Part shown: in pieces, positions 1 to 14,330 of the stretch
How positions within the stretch are numbered: position 1 is the stretch's first letter
Layout of the letters: every line of letters starts with the position of its first letter
NCBI GenBank assembly: GCA_963743635.1
Contig: CAVUQO010000002.1
Location: 288,001 to 352,000, forward strand
Direction of reading: 5' to 3'
Origin: Candidatus Babeliales bacterium
GTDB lineage: Bacteria > Babelota > Babeliae > Babelales > Vermiphilaceae
Length of the DNA stretch: 64,000 bases
The notes under the pieces: generated by a model
Databases searched by the model: none
Told to the model about the DNA's origin: nothing
What the model saw: only the letters and a program-made list of their open reading frames with translations
Position numbers and translations under genes: made by a program

Positions 1-289
<289 letters not shown>

Positions 290-309
290 GAGCGGCAAGG
301 AGAAAGCCA

Positions 310-4524
<4,215 letters not shown>

Positions 4525-4670
4525 TCCGCCTACATTGCCGGAAGGCTCGGCCTGTCAGGCGTAGCTCCAAAAGGAGCGAAGACTGGACAAGCGTAGACGG
4601 ACATACACAAAAATATTATTTGTGGTATTATTAGATAAAGACTATAAAAAATACATAACTAGAGGTTAGA

Positions 4671-4943
4671 ATGACCCGAACAAAAGAAGAAAGATTAGAG
4701 ATCATAAAACCGTTTCAGTTGAATCCCCAAGATACAGGTTCAGTTGAGGTACAAGTTGCCTTGTTGACCGACCGTATTCTTGCGTTGACGGAGCATTTTA
4801 AGGTTCATAAAAAGGATTTTTCTCTTAAGAGTGGCCTTTTGAAGCTTGTATCGCGTCGTCGTACCCTATTGGGATACTTGGAACGAAAAAATGCTCAAAA
4901 GTGTCAGGCTGTTATGAGCGCTTTAAATCTTCATAAAAAATAA
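4671..4943 (+). CDS. rpsO: 30S ribosomal protein S15
   Basis: DTGSVEVQVALLTDRI..LTEHFKVHKKD..GLLKLVSRRRTLL; lies upstream of pnp. Confidence 0.96.
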   Translation: MTRTKEERLEIIKPFQLNPQDTGSVEVQVALLTDRILALTEHFKVHKKDFSLKSGLLKLVSRRRTLLGYLERKNAQKCQAVMSALNLHKK

Positions 4944-5019
4944 CAAATAACGGAAGATCCATGAGGGTCGTCTCGATACGAATAAATAAGAATAATAATA
5001 TTACAATAGGTTTGTTGGA

Positions 5020-7104
5020 ATGGTAAAAACGTTTCGTTTAGAAGAATTAAATTATGAAGTAGAGATTGGGAAATACGCCTGTCAGGCTGATGGCGCAGTA
5101 TGGTTAAGACAAGGGGGCACCGTTGTACTAGCGACTGTCGTTTCGGCAAAATCACAGGAATTCCCTGGATTTTTACCATTAACCGTTGATTATCGAGAAA
5201 TGTTTGCAGCTGCGGGTAAAATTCCGGGTGGTTACTACAAGCGTGAAGGTCGATCTACCGACAAAGAAATTTTGACAGGTCGTCTTATTGATCGCACATT
5301 GCGGCCACTATTTCCATCAAACTACTTCAATCAACTACAAGTTCTTGCAACAGTTTATTCTGTTGATAAGGAACATATGCCAGGAACTCTTGCACTAGTC
5401 GCAAGTTCACTGGCTCTTTCTATTTCAAAGATCCCCTTTCTCGGGCCAGTAGGCGTTGTAGAAGTTGGACGTGTAGATGGCAAATGGATTGTAAATCCTA
5501 CTTTTTCACAAAGCCAAAAATCTGATGTTCGCATTGTAGTGAGTGGTACCGAAGAAGGTATCGTCATGGTTGAAGGTTCATCAAATGAAATTTCTGAAGC
5601 TGAAATGGTCGATGTACTATTCTTAGCGCATGATTCAATTAAGAAGCAGGTTGCTTGGCAAGAACAAATTCGTAAAGAAGTTGGCATTGCTAAAGAAGAA
5701 GTTGACCAAGCGCTCAATTGGGATTTGTGGAACGGAAAAGCTCATGCATTCCTTACTAAGGACGTCTTGAGCCGTTTGAATGTTGCCGATAAAGTTGAAC
5801 GCAGCAAAAACTTAAAAGAAATAAAAGAAACGTTCATTATGCATTTAGCAGCAGAGGTTGCTGAAGGTGTAGTGACGGAAAAAATTCTCGATTACGCTTT
5901 TGAACAAGCATTAAATCGCAATGTTACTGATTTTGTGATTGCTCAAAGCAAGCGTATGGATAACCGTGCATTTGATAAAATTCGTGCAATTTCGTGTGAA
6001 GTTGGGTTGTTACCATACAATCACGGTTCAGCGTTATTTACACGAGGAAGTACTCAAGCGCTGGTGAGTGTGACTCTTGGAAGTGGACAAGATGAACAAC
6101 GCGTAGAAAGTCTTATGGAAGACGACACAGTGGGTCGCACTTTCATGTTGCATTACAACTTCCCTCCATTCTCAGTGGGTGAAGTAAGACCGATGCGTGG
6201 TCCAGGACGTCGAGAAGTTGGGCACGGGTATTTGGCAGCGTCAGCGCTTAAATACATGCTTCCAACCAAAGAAGAGTTCTCTTACACGATTCGTGTTGTT
6301 GCGGACATGCTTGAATCTGACGGTTCAACGTCTATGGCAACCACGTGTGGGACAACACTCGCTTTGATGCAAGCAGGTGTTCCAATTAAAAAAATGGTAA
6401 GCGGTATTGCTATGGGATTACTCCGTAATACTCAAGGTGATTTCCGTGTACTTTCAGATATCTCCGGTTTTGAAGATGCCTTTGGTCTTATGGACTTTAA
6501 AGTGACCGGTACGGATGACGGTATTACCGCGATCCAAATGGATATTAAATATAAGGGAGGCTTGCCCCGTGAAATTTTCGAATCCGCTCTTGCTCAAGCT
6601 CGGCAAGGACGACTACATATATTAGGCGAAATGCGTAAAGTAATGGATAAACCAAACACAAAATTGTCAGATCTAGTTCCTCAATTAGAAACCTTCAAAA
6701 TTTCACCAGATAAAATTGGTGCAGTTATTGGTACAGGTGGCAAAACTATTCGTGAAATCATTGAAAAAACTGGTGTTGCGAGTATCGATATCGAAGAAGA
6801 TGGCTTAGTTAAAATTTTTGGAACTCCGGATTCAAAAATTGATATGGCGATCAATTGGGTAAAAACAATTGCTGGTCAAATCGAATCAGGCGCACGTTAC
6901 GAAGGCGTTATCAAACGCATCGTTGATTTCGGTATCTTCGTTGAGCTAGTTCCTGGTCAAACAGGCTTGGTTCACGTTTCAAACATACCAAAAGAAAAAC
7001 AACGTACTTTTGCTCGTGATTACAAAGTTAATGACGCTGCAACGGTTGAAGTTCTTGACTATGATTCAGCAACTGGTCGTATCAGACTTCGTATTATTGA
7101 ATAA
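5020..7104 (+). CDS. pnp: Polyribonucleotide nucleotidyltransferase (PNPase)
   Basis: FLPLTVDYRE, HGSALFTRGSTQ, HYNFPPFSVGE, RREVGHG, DFKVTGT, C-terminal KH and S1 domains. Confidence 0.98.
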   Translation: MVKTFRLEELNYEVEIGKYACQADGAVWLRQGGTVVLATVVSAKSQEFPGFLPLTVDYREMFAAAGKIPGGYYKREGRSTDKEILTGRLIDRTLRPLFPSNYFNQLQVLATVYSVDKEHMPGTLALVASSLALSISKIPFLGPVGVVEVGRVDGKWIVNPTFSQSQKSDVRIVVSGTEEGIVMVEGSSNEISEAEMVDVLFLAHDSIKKQVAWQEQIRKEVGIAKEEVDQALNWDLWNGKAHAFLTKDVLSRLNVADKVERSKNLKEIKETFIMHLAAEVAEGVVTEKILDYAFEQALNRNVTDFVIAQSKRMDNRAFDKIRAISCEVGLLPYNHGSALFTRGSTQALVSVTLGSGQDEQRVESLMEDDTVGRTFMLHYNFPPFSVGEVRPMRGPGRREVGHGYLAASALKYMLPTKEEFSYTIRVVADMLESDGSTSMATTCGTTLALMQAGVPIKKMVSGIAMGLLRNTQGDFRVLSDISGFEDAFGLMDFKVTGTDDGITAIQMDIKYKGGLPREIFESALAQARQGRLHILGEMRKVMDKPNTKLSDLVPQLETFKISPDKIGAVIGTGGKTIREIIEKTGVASIDIEEDGLVKIFGTPDSKIDMAINWVKTIAGQIESGARYEGVIKRIVDFGIFVELVPGQTGLVHVSNIPKEKQRTFARDYKVNDAATVEVLDYDSATGRIRLRIIE

Positions 7105-7128
7105 CCTTTTCAAGGGTTTAAAGCAGTA

Positions 7129-7959
7129 ATGCAGAAAACAATTCGTAGAATTGGTGGGCGTGCGTATAATCAGCTACGCCCACTTTCCATTTCATATGAT
7201 GTATATGGCTATGCACTCGCCTCGGTACTCCTAGAAGTAGGCAACACCAAAGTCTTGTGCTCTATACATATACAACACAATGTGCCTCCCTTCTTACGTG
7301 GTAAGAAACAAGGATGGCTCACCGCGGAATACAGCATGTTGCCGAGCGCAACACAAGTGCGCACCGTACGCGAATCTTCGAGTACGAATCGTAACGGCCG
7401 TTCGGTGGAAATTTCGCGTCTTATCGGCCGATCATTACGATCGGTTCTCGATCTCACCAAACTCGGTGAACAAACCATAGTAGTTGATTGTGATGTGTTA
7501 CAAGCAGATGGCGGTACACGTACTGCGTGTCTGACTGGCGCATTTTTAGCAGTTGAACTTGCGATCAAACGCTTGCATTACCTGAGTGAAGAAGATCGCG
7601 CTGCGATCATAAAAGATCGTCTTGTGGCACTTTCAGCTGGCGTATGCGGCGATCAAGTGTTACTCGATATTGATTGCGCAGAAGATAGTAGCATTGATGC
7701 TGATTTTAATTTTGTGCTGACCGAGTCAGATAAAATTGTTGAAGTTCAAGGTACTGCCGAACATCACGCTATTGACTGGGCGCTCTTCCAGCAACTGTGC
7801 GATATTGCACGCCAAGGTGCTCAGGATCTTGCCGATCAACTCAAGAAATTCCCTGCGCCAGAAGTAAAACAAACTCATGGCTCATCGTCAGAAAAACGCC
7901 CCGCATTCTTTAGCTTGCAGAACCGCTCCTCGGCACGTCAAAGCACCACATCTGAATAA
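7129..7959 (+). CDS. rph: Ribonuclease PH
   Basis: GWLTAEYSMLPSAT, GRSVEISRLIGRSLR, DCDVLQADGGTRTA, VEVQGTAE. Confidence 0.96.
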   Translation: MQKTIRRIGGRAYNQLRPLSISYDVYGYALASVLLEVGNTKVLCSIHIQHNVPPFLRGKKQGWLTAEYSMLPSATQVRTVRESSSTNRNGRSVEISRLIGRSLRSVLDLTKLGEQTIVVDCDVLQADGGTRTACLTGAFLAVELAIKRLHYLSEEDRAAIIKDRLVALSAGVCGDQVLLDIDCAEDSSIDADFNFVLTESDKIVEVQGTAEHHAIDWALFQQLCDIARQGAQDLADQLKKFPAPEVKQTHGSSSEKRPAFFSLQNRSSARQSTTSE

Positions 7960-7970
7960 ACCGCACTCCT

Positions 7971-8040
7971 CCTTCGATACATTTTCATCTCGTCTCTTTC
8001 GTTACACTCAGGATGATCGGGATCCCGTTCCTGGTGAACT
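7971..8040. repeat. REP-like palindromic element (CCTTCGATAC...CACTCAGGATGATCGGG)
   Basis: Same arms as the elements at 32062, 42271 and 53835. Confidence 0.6.
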
Positions 8041-8097
8041 ATCCACTACTCACATTTTGAATTGTCACTTCTTGATTTTACTTTAAAGCTATTGATC

Positions 8098-8286
8098 CCC
8101 TTATATCCCGCGTTACGCCCTTGCGGGCTACTAGGGACGAACGGGGATGGGAATCTTCAGTTAGATTAAGCATTATTAAAGAAAAAAACATAAATAAATT
8201 CATATGAAAAAACCTAAATTTTGAAACAAATATCCACTCCCGTTCGTCCCTAGTAGCCCGCAAGGGCGTAACGCGGGATATAAGGG
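8098..8286. mobile_element. MITE/REPIN-like element with perfect 48-bp terminal inverted repeats
   Basis: 8098-8145 is the exact reverse complement of 8239-8286; AT-rich core; second copy at 46966-47147. Confidence 0.85.
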
Positions 8287-8446
8287 ATAAATTTAATAAG
8301 CCTGGCTATAAAAAGTCGTTCCTTGAATCCTCTTCATTTCAATGTATACTGGAAAGTAAACAATTAGTTTATTGTTATAACAACAATTCCCCCGTTCATC
8401 ATGAGTGTTCTGAGGGTGAATGTAATGAGCCCAAAGAACGTATCGA

Positions 8447-9397
8447 ATGATGGATTTTATTACGGTATTAAAAAATGTTGCCTCTCCTTCCTGGATTGCG
8501 CAACACCATGTCATCAAATGTACGGGTACCCAAGAGTATCCACTCCTCTTTTTCTCATTGTTGTTACAACAGCTTAAAAAACAGAGCAACCAACCCATGC
8601 ACACGGTGCAAGAGGATGAAAGTTACTCCAGTCTTATCCATCGTTTCGAGTCATCATTTTTAGGAATGTCGAGTGTCTACTGGCTTGGCGATATACAACG
8701 TTATGACCAGTCAACGCGAGAAAAGCTGACCACCTACATCGAGTCCTATCAAGGGCCGAATGTGCTTATTATCTACATGGCGCCGCATGCTGAACGTTCC
8801 TCCTCAAAGAAGATGGTGACCGTAGAAATTCCCGCAATCGTTGATAAAAAACAAATTCAAGAACTATGCACGCTGTTTGGTAACGGGCGCGTGCGTACGG
8901 TGCCCGATCTTGGCGTCTACGAAAAGCAATTGACGCTCGATCGCGTATGCTTGCTCATTCAATATTTGAGTGTGGTGGGTAGCGGTGTGCGTGATTTCAA
9001 TGAACAATGGCTCGGGCATGTCATCGTGCCGGAACTATCGCTCTTCACGTTGAGTCAATACTTCTTTGCACGTGATGGTATGCGCTTTTTCAAACAATGG
9101 GCAGTGCTCAAAGATCAATATGCCGCACCATTCTGGATCTCATTCTGGTCCGAACAAGTATGGCGCGCAACCCTCTTTATTGAACTTTCGCAACAACGTA
9201 ATTTCGCCGAAGCAAAACGTATCAGCTTTAAGCTTCCGTTTTCATTCATTCAACGCGATTGGAAAAATGTTACTGCGCAAGAATTAAAACGCGCACACGA
9301 CGTTCTCTATCGTTGCGATCACGCCATCAAAAATGGCGGCGACGCTAATATGCTCGAACTCTTCTATACCGACTATTTACAGCGGTTATATCAGTAA
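8447..9397 (+). CDS. Probable DNA polymerase III delta subunit (HolA-like)
   Basis: 316 aa; SSFLG box near the N-terminus and a helical C-terminus LKRAHDVLYRCDHAIKNG resembling HolA. Confidence 0.6.
   Translation: MMDFITVLKNVASPSWIAQHHVIKCTGTQEYPLLFFSLLLQQLKKQSNQPMHTVQEDESYSSLIHRFESSFLGMSSVYWLGDIQRYDQSTREKLTTYIESYQGPNVLIIYMAPHAERSSSKKMVTVEIPAIVDKKQIQELCTLFGNGRVRTVPDLGVYEKQLTLDRVCLLIQYLSVVGSGVRDFNEQWLGHVIVPELSLFTLSQYFFARDGMRFFKQWAVLKDQYAAPFWISFWSEQVWRATLFIELSQQRNFAEAKRISFKLPFSFIQRDWKNVTAQELKRAHDVLYRCDHAIKNGGDANMLELFYTDYLQRLYQ
9296..9397 (+). repeat. holA-like 3' end, copy 1 of 3 direct repeats
   Basis: Repeated at 10051-10152 and 21760-21837. Confidence 0.95.
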
Positions 9398-9412
9398 TGG
9401 ATTTTTAAATTT

Positions 9413-9685
9413 TTACTTCTTCAGATCACGATAAAAATTTTCATGTGATCCCAAAGAAAGCAAGATCAATGTATCCTGATGTTCTTGCCATTCATACGCA
9501 AGTAACGTGAGCTGTTTAACCATACTGAATTTGTAGACTTGTACTCCATCGAGATCGCCTTTTTTTAAAGCTCCAACTGTAGGATTAGCCATAACCGTTG
9601 TTATCGCTAAATCGAGATCTTTTTTTTGATTGGTGTGTAGTTTTTTGACTTGCTTAGAAAAAGTTGAAGTTTGTAAGATTTTCAT
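9413..9685 (-). CDS. Type II toxin, RelE/ParE family
   Basis: 90 aa; FSKQVKKL..NPTVGALKKGDL..VYKF..LGSHENFYRDLK; downstream of the antitoxin. Confidence 0.85.
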   Translation of the reverse strand: MKILQTSTFSKQVKKLHTNQKKDLDLAITTVMANPTVGALKKGDLDGVQVYKFSMVKQLTLLAYEWQEHQDTLILLSLGSHENFYRDLKK

Positions 9686-9687
9686 AA

Positions 9688-9909
9688 CTAGTTCTCATCA
9701 AATTCATAGGCCTCAAGTTTGTCCGCAATTGCCTCTTGTTGGGCAATAAGAATATTTTTGATGAACTCATAGGTTAAATCAGGATTTTCTTCGGCCAATC
9801 TTCCGATTTTAGCCCAATGTTCTATCTGTCCGGCCAGAGAACGATTTAACGCCTTAGATATAATTTTTGCCTCTGAAATTATATCTTTTGATAATTTGAC
9901 TGTTGCCAT
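9688..9909 (-). CDS. ParD-like antitoxin
   Basis: 73 aa; VKLS..NRSLAGQIEHWAKIGRLAEENPDLTYEFI. Confidence 0.85.
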   Translation of the reverse strand: MATVKLSKDIISEAKIISKALNRSLAGQIEHWAKIGRLAEENPDLTYEFIKNILIAQQEAIADKLEAYEFDEN

Positions 9910-10050
9910 AGTGGTTTTTTCCTTTAAATTTAGATTTAAGAGCTTTATTAGAATTATACGTTATTTTGACTCAAAATGCAACCATATGCGTAAAATAAAG
10001 TCCTTTTGACCCGTTTTAAAGTGAAAGCGAGGGAAATTAAAATTGGTACG

Positions 10051-10152
10051 CACGACGTTCTCTATCGCTGCGATCACGCCATCAAAAATGGCGGCGACGC
10101 TAATATGCTCGAACTCTTCTATACCGACTATTTACAGCGGTTATATCAGTAA
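10051..10152 (+). repeat. holA-like 3' end, copy 2 (102 bp, 1 mismatch)
   Basis: Direct comparison with 9296-9397. Confidence 0.95.
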
Positions 10153-10197
10153 AAATAGGAATAATGAAATCTGTCAGCACGTTGCATAGGAATAGAG

Positions 10198-11085
10198 ATG
10201 TCTCCAAAAAAAATGCATGAACACGAGATTGATATTGATGTATCGCTTGTCAAAGAATTGGTGAATGCGCAATTCCCAGAATGGGGGCAATTACCGATTA
10301 AGCGAGTTGAATCAGCGGGAACCGATCATGTAATGTATCGTCTTGGTAATGATTTGTGTGTGCGATTGCCGCGTATCATTGAGGCGGATGCATGTATTGC
10401 AAGAGAGCAAGCATGGCTGCCCAAATTAGCACCTCTCTTATCACTTGCAGTTCCAGTACCTCTTGTATATGGAAAGCCGCAGGGTAATTACCCATGTCAC
10501 TGGTCTGTGTATCGATGGATTGAGGGCGAGAATGCATTTCATGCACCAATAGATGATAATCCACAAGCTGCAATCGATCTCGCGCAATTCATACATGCCT
10601 TGCAATTAATTGATACAGCAGGCGCCCCACATTCGCGTCGTGGTGTGCCACTTGCAACGCTTGATGGAGAAGTTCGTTCTGCAATGATGTCACTGCAGCA
10701 TGTGATTGATGCAAAGGCGGTCACTGCCGTATGGAATGAAAGCCTTGCAGCGCCTGAGTGGAATAAGCCTCCTGTGTGGAGTCATGGTGATCTGCTGCCA
10801 GGAAATGTGTTGGTGCGTAATGATCGAATCAATGCGATTCTTGATTTTAGTTCCGTTGGTATTGGCGATCCTGCATGTGATATGATTCCCGCATGGAGTA
10901 TTTTTTCGGCTAAAACACGGGATATCTTTCGAGCTCATCTGAGCGTTGATGATGCGACGTGGATGCGTGGTCGCGGTTGGGCGCTGTCTATTGCAGTTAT
11001 TGCACTTCCTTATTACCAGGACACTAATCCTGTACTTGTGGCAATTGCGCACCGTATGTTAAAAGAAATTTTAGGCGAACGTTAA
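10198..11085 (+). CDS. Aminoglycoside phosphotransferase (APH) family kinase
   Basis: SAGTD..YRLG..VRLPR, HGDLLPGN, ILDF..GIGDPACD. Confidence 0.92.
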   Translation: MSPKKMHEHEIDIDVSLVKELVNAQFPEWGQLPIKRVESAGTDHVMYRLGNDLCVRLPRIIEADACIAREQAWLPKLAPLLSLAVPVPLVYGKPQGNYPCHWSVYRWIEGENAFHAPIDDNPQAAIDLAQFIHALQLIDTAGAPHSRRGVPLATLDGEVRSAMMSLQHVIDAKAVTAVWNESLAAPEWNKPPVWSHGDLLPGNVLVRNDRINAILDFSSVGIGDPACDMIPAWSIFSAKTRDIFRAHLSVDDATWMRGRGWALSIAVIALPYYQDTNPVLVAIAHRMLKEILGER

Positions 11086-11138
11086 AATTATATGCGTAGG
11101 CAAAATATGAAAAAAGTAAGCAAGAGAGGTATCTTATT

Positions 11139-12011
11139 ATGACATCGTCCTCAGGAATCATCGAAATTGATGGTTTTAAAATGCATTATACGATCGAAGG
11201 TTCGGGCAAACCGGCGCTCGTAATTGGCAGTGCCATCTACTATCCACGCACCTTTTCACAAAATTTGCGCAATCATCTGCAACTCATTTTTATCGACCAT
11301 CGTGGCTTTGCGGAATCGAATATTACTGATACCAAGAAGTTTGAGCTTGATCTTTTACTCGATGATGTTGAAAAGATTCGGCAACATCTGAATCTCGAGG
11401 ACATCATCGTCATAGGCCATTCCGGCCATGGCTATATGGCGCTTGAATATGCCAAAAAATATCCACAGCATGTTTCGCACGTCGTGCTTATTGCAACCGG
11501 CCCTGATCAAAGTCCTGCAAGTATGCAAGCAGCTGAGCAGTATTTTAATGATACGGTAAATCCCGAGCAAAAAGCGTTCTTAGAGGACGATCTTAAGAAA
11601 TTGCACGCTGATATTCAAGCTGATCCTGATCGCCGCTTTGTGCACTTTTGTGTGCGCCTTGGCGCTAAAAGTTGGTATGACTTTACCTACAATGCGTCTA
11701 AATTGTGGGAAGGGGTTACCACGAATATGGCAATGATCGATTATGTGTGGGGAGCCGTATTTCGCGATCTTGATATCACGAAAGGTCTTGAGAATTTTAA
11801 TAAGCCGGTATTTCTCGCGCTCGGACATTTTGATTTTCTCGTCGCACCATTCTATTTATGGAATCCAATCAGATCAAAATTTAAGAATCTCACGATTCGC
11901 CTCTTTGGCAAAAGTGGCCATACACCACAACTCGAGGAGCCGGCATTGTTTGATGCAGAACTGTTGAAGTGGCTTTCTGCAAATCAGGGCACAAGGAATT
12001 TCAATTTATAG
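11139..12011 (+). CDS. Alpha/beta hydrolase (proline iminopeptidase-like)
   Basis: DHRG, GHSGHG nucleophile elbow, SGHTPQLEEP. Confidence 0.9.
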   Translation: MTSSSGIIEIDGFKMHYTIEGSGKPALVIGSAIYYPRTFSQNLRNHLQLIFIDHRGFAESNITDTKKFELDLLLDDVEKIRQHLNLEDIIVIGHSGHGYMALEYAKKYPQHVSHVVLIATGPDQSPASMQAAEQYFNDTVNPEQKAFLEDDLKKLHADIQADPDRRFVHFCVRLGAKSWYDFTYNASKLWEGVTTNMAMIDYVWGAVFRDLDITKGLENFNKPVFLALGHFDFLVAPFYLWNPIRSKFKNLTIRLFGKSGHTPQLEEPALFDAELLKWLSANQGTRNFNL

Positions 12012-12058
12012 TGCCATAATTTGTTCTGCTGAAGTTTGCGAGCTTTCATTATTTATCC

Positions 12059-13027
12059 TTATGTAAGGTTTAATTTTTGCATTTTTTCTAATCGTGTGGG
12101 TTCTAATTTTATAAACCAATCGTTTTGCGAAAGATCTTGGTATGCAAGTCCTGCGAACTGTTTCGCAAATGCCAAATGAATTTCTGCCAATTCTTCATAA
12201 ACCATGCCGCGTCCGACAGCGATTATCTCAGGCGGTAAGGCACTTTTTTTTGCTATTTCGTCATATTCAGCAAGAACGGCTTGCTGAATAGTCAACGCTT
12301 CATCGAGCCGTCCCAGCGAACGTAGTGCACGTCCAATGCCCCATTTGGCGCCTCTCACAACAATTACGTCGCCTCGCTCTTGCCCATATTTTTTACATTC
12401 TTCGAATGCAGAAAGCGCTTTATCATACTCCTCACCTTGGATGTAAGCCTGTGCCAAATTATTATAAAGGGCGCCCAGCCACGCCTGCGCACGCGTACCT
12501 TTTGATGCACGCGCCAACTCAATTGCCTTTTCATTCCATTTGATTTTGTCCTCAGGACGTTTTTCAACTATCGCGATCATATGAGCAGCATTAGCGGTAT
12601 GAAAGTCAAATCCATGCTGTGCACTCAACTCATACGATTGCATGAAAAGCGGTAATGCTTTATCCACGTCGCCCGCTTGATGATATACACGCCCACGCTC
12701 AAGCAGTATTCTCACGCGTGCAAGATCATACTCAGGCGCCAGTAATGCTTCCGCTGTGTCCAATGTTTCATGCGCCTCAACGAATTTTTGCTGCATGGCT
12801 TGAACCAGCGCAATTTGAGATAGGATCTGCAAATATATTGATTTATCTTCTAATGCTTGCGCTTCCGGGAGTAACGCAGAGAGATTCTTCTCTATGTCTG
12901 GACCACTGCCCGTAAAAAGCTCATCAAAGTTTTCCAATGAACTGACCTTTTTCTGTTGATTCATATAAAATCCAAAAGCTATGAGTAGAACGGTAAAAAC
13001 TAACAAGAATAGATATCTTAAAGACAC
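12059..13027 (-). CDS. TPR-repeat protein with N-terminal membrane anchor
   Basis: Hydrophobic N-terminus; LERGRVY..AG..A, YNNLAQAY TPR-like helices. Confidence 0.85.
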   Translation of the reverse strand: MSLRYLFLLVFTVLLIAFGFYMNQQKKVSSLENFDELFTGSGPDIEKNLSALLPEAQALEDKSIYLQILSQIALVQAMQQKFVEAHETLDTAEALLAPEYDLARVRILLERGRVYHQAGDVDKALPLFMQSYELSAQHGFDFHTANAAHMIAIVEKRPEDKIKWNEKAIELARASKGTRAQAWLGALYNNLAQAYIQGEEYDKALSAFEECKKYGQERGDVIVVRGAKWGIGRALRSLGRLDEALTIQQAVLAEYDEIAKKSALPPEIIAVGRGMVYEELAEIHLAFAKQFAGLAYQDLSQNDWFIKLEPTRLEKMQKLNLT

Positions 13028-13130
13028 GTCGTTTCCTTTATTGCGCTATGATTGGTATGATTTTACATAGTACTATTAATCTGCTCATTTTTAAATAAGT
13101 GCTATAAACAATACTTTTGGCCGTAAAAAA

Positions 13131-13165
13131 AGAAAGCCTTTTTCAACCGAGGAAAAAGGCTTTCT
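13131..13165. terminator. Hairpin terminator after the 13188 gene
   Basis: AGAAAGCCTTTTTC..GAAAAAGGCTTTCT with an A tract on the left. Confidence 0.7.
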
Positions 13166-13187
13166 CTGAGAAGTTAATGATCTTGAA

Positions 13188-13748
13188 TTATACAGATTTA
13201 TTCGTATTAATCTGTTCTAGTATAGGTGTGGTTTCTTTAGATTTAAGGAACCATTCAAGAGCACCGTTTTTAAGAGCAGGATTTCCTAAAGATTTTTGTG
13301 AGAACATTGGTTGTTGTACGTGGCGTGCAAGCATACGCGATGCTTTTTGAGCATGAAACAAAGATCTTGTTGCTAATGCCCCGGAGGCAACCGCAATACC
13401 TGCAGTAATAGCAGCAGGTGCAGCCAAGGCATCTATATTACCACCACCTGAAATGATCATCCCGCTATCGAGTCCGACCATTAATGAGCCTGTCATTGTT
13501 AAAAAGGCACCACCGGCGACGGCTGCAAGAGCTACAAATCGGTTGCCAATTTTGATATAACGCAATGTCTTTAAGGTGCCTTCAGGACGAGCTTCATAAC
13601 GCATCGTGTGGCGTCCGTGAGTATCTTCGTAGTTATGCGTAACCTCGCCAACTGGTGGATTATCAAGAGGGTTGGCATGCAACAGCTCTGTAGGCAGTGC
13701 GCTGAAAGTCAAAAGGAAGGCGATTGTTTTAATGATATTTTTATTCAT
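13188..13748 (-). CDS. Secreted/membrane hypothetical protein with two hydrophobic helices
   Basis: Signal peptide MNKNIIKTIAFLLTFSA; two Gly/Ala-rich hydrophobic segments. Confidence 0.75.
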   Translation of the reverse strand: MNKNIIKTIAFLLTFSALPTELLHANPLDNPPVGEVTHNYEDTHGRHTMRYEARPEGTLKTLRYIKIGNRFVALAAVAGGAFLTMTGSLMVGLDSGMIISGGGNIDALAAPAAITAGIAVASGALATRSLFHAQKASRMLARHVQQPMFSQKSLGNPALKNGALEWFLKSKETTPILEQINTNKSV

Positions 13749-13866
13749 AAATTGGTCTCTGATTGTTTTTTGATATGTTTTTTCATTGTTAAATAGTACC
13801 ATAAATGAACGTGAAAAAGAAATAGAGCTTGTAGGATAGAAGTCGCATTATATAGAAAGAACTACC

Positions 13867-14226
13867 ATGCATAAAATTTTATTATTACTCATAGCAACCA
13901 GCACATACGCATCATTGATGGGTATGGCACAACACAAACAAATCACTCCGGCATTACCTGCCAACAATGGGGCGGCGAGAATGGAAGATATTGAATTGAC
14001 TCGTAACACGGCCACTCAATCTACTACTTCGGATAATGCAAGAGGTTTTTGCGATAATTCCTGTGACCTCATGTGTTGCGGTGTCTGCGCAGCTTGCATG
14101 CTTTGCCCTATTTTTAGTGCCGCAGTCGTATGGGATACCGCACACGTCATATCTGACTGCAAAGAAAAAAAGTGCTATCCGGAAACAAAAGAAGCCGCTA
14201 AATTATGCTACTGCTTCTTGCATTGA
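13867..14226 (+). CDS. Secreted Cys-rich hypothetical protein
   Basis: Signal peptide ending LMG|M; CDNSCDLMCCGVCAACMLC; ends CYCFLH. Confidence 0.75.
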   Translation: MHKILLLLIATSTYASLMGMAQHKQITPALPANNGAARMEDIELTRNTATQSTTSDNARGFCDNSCDLMCCGVCAACMLCPIFSAAVVWDTAHVISDCKEKKCYPETKEAAKLCYCFLH

Positions 14227-14252
14227 GAGCGCCTGCGCTTTATCATAGATGT

Positions 14253-14288
14253 AAAAAAGCCGTTCTGCAGTAATACAGAACGGCTTTG
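14253..14288. terminator. Bidirectional terminator
   Basis: AAAGCCGTTCTG..CAGAACGGCTTT between convergent genes. Confidence 0.75.
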
Positions 14289-14330
14289 TATATTGAGCTG
14301 TTTTTTCGTGGAGATTATGCTTGAGATGAC

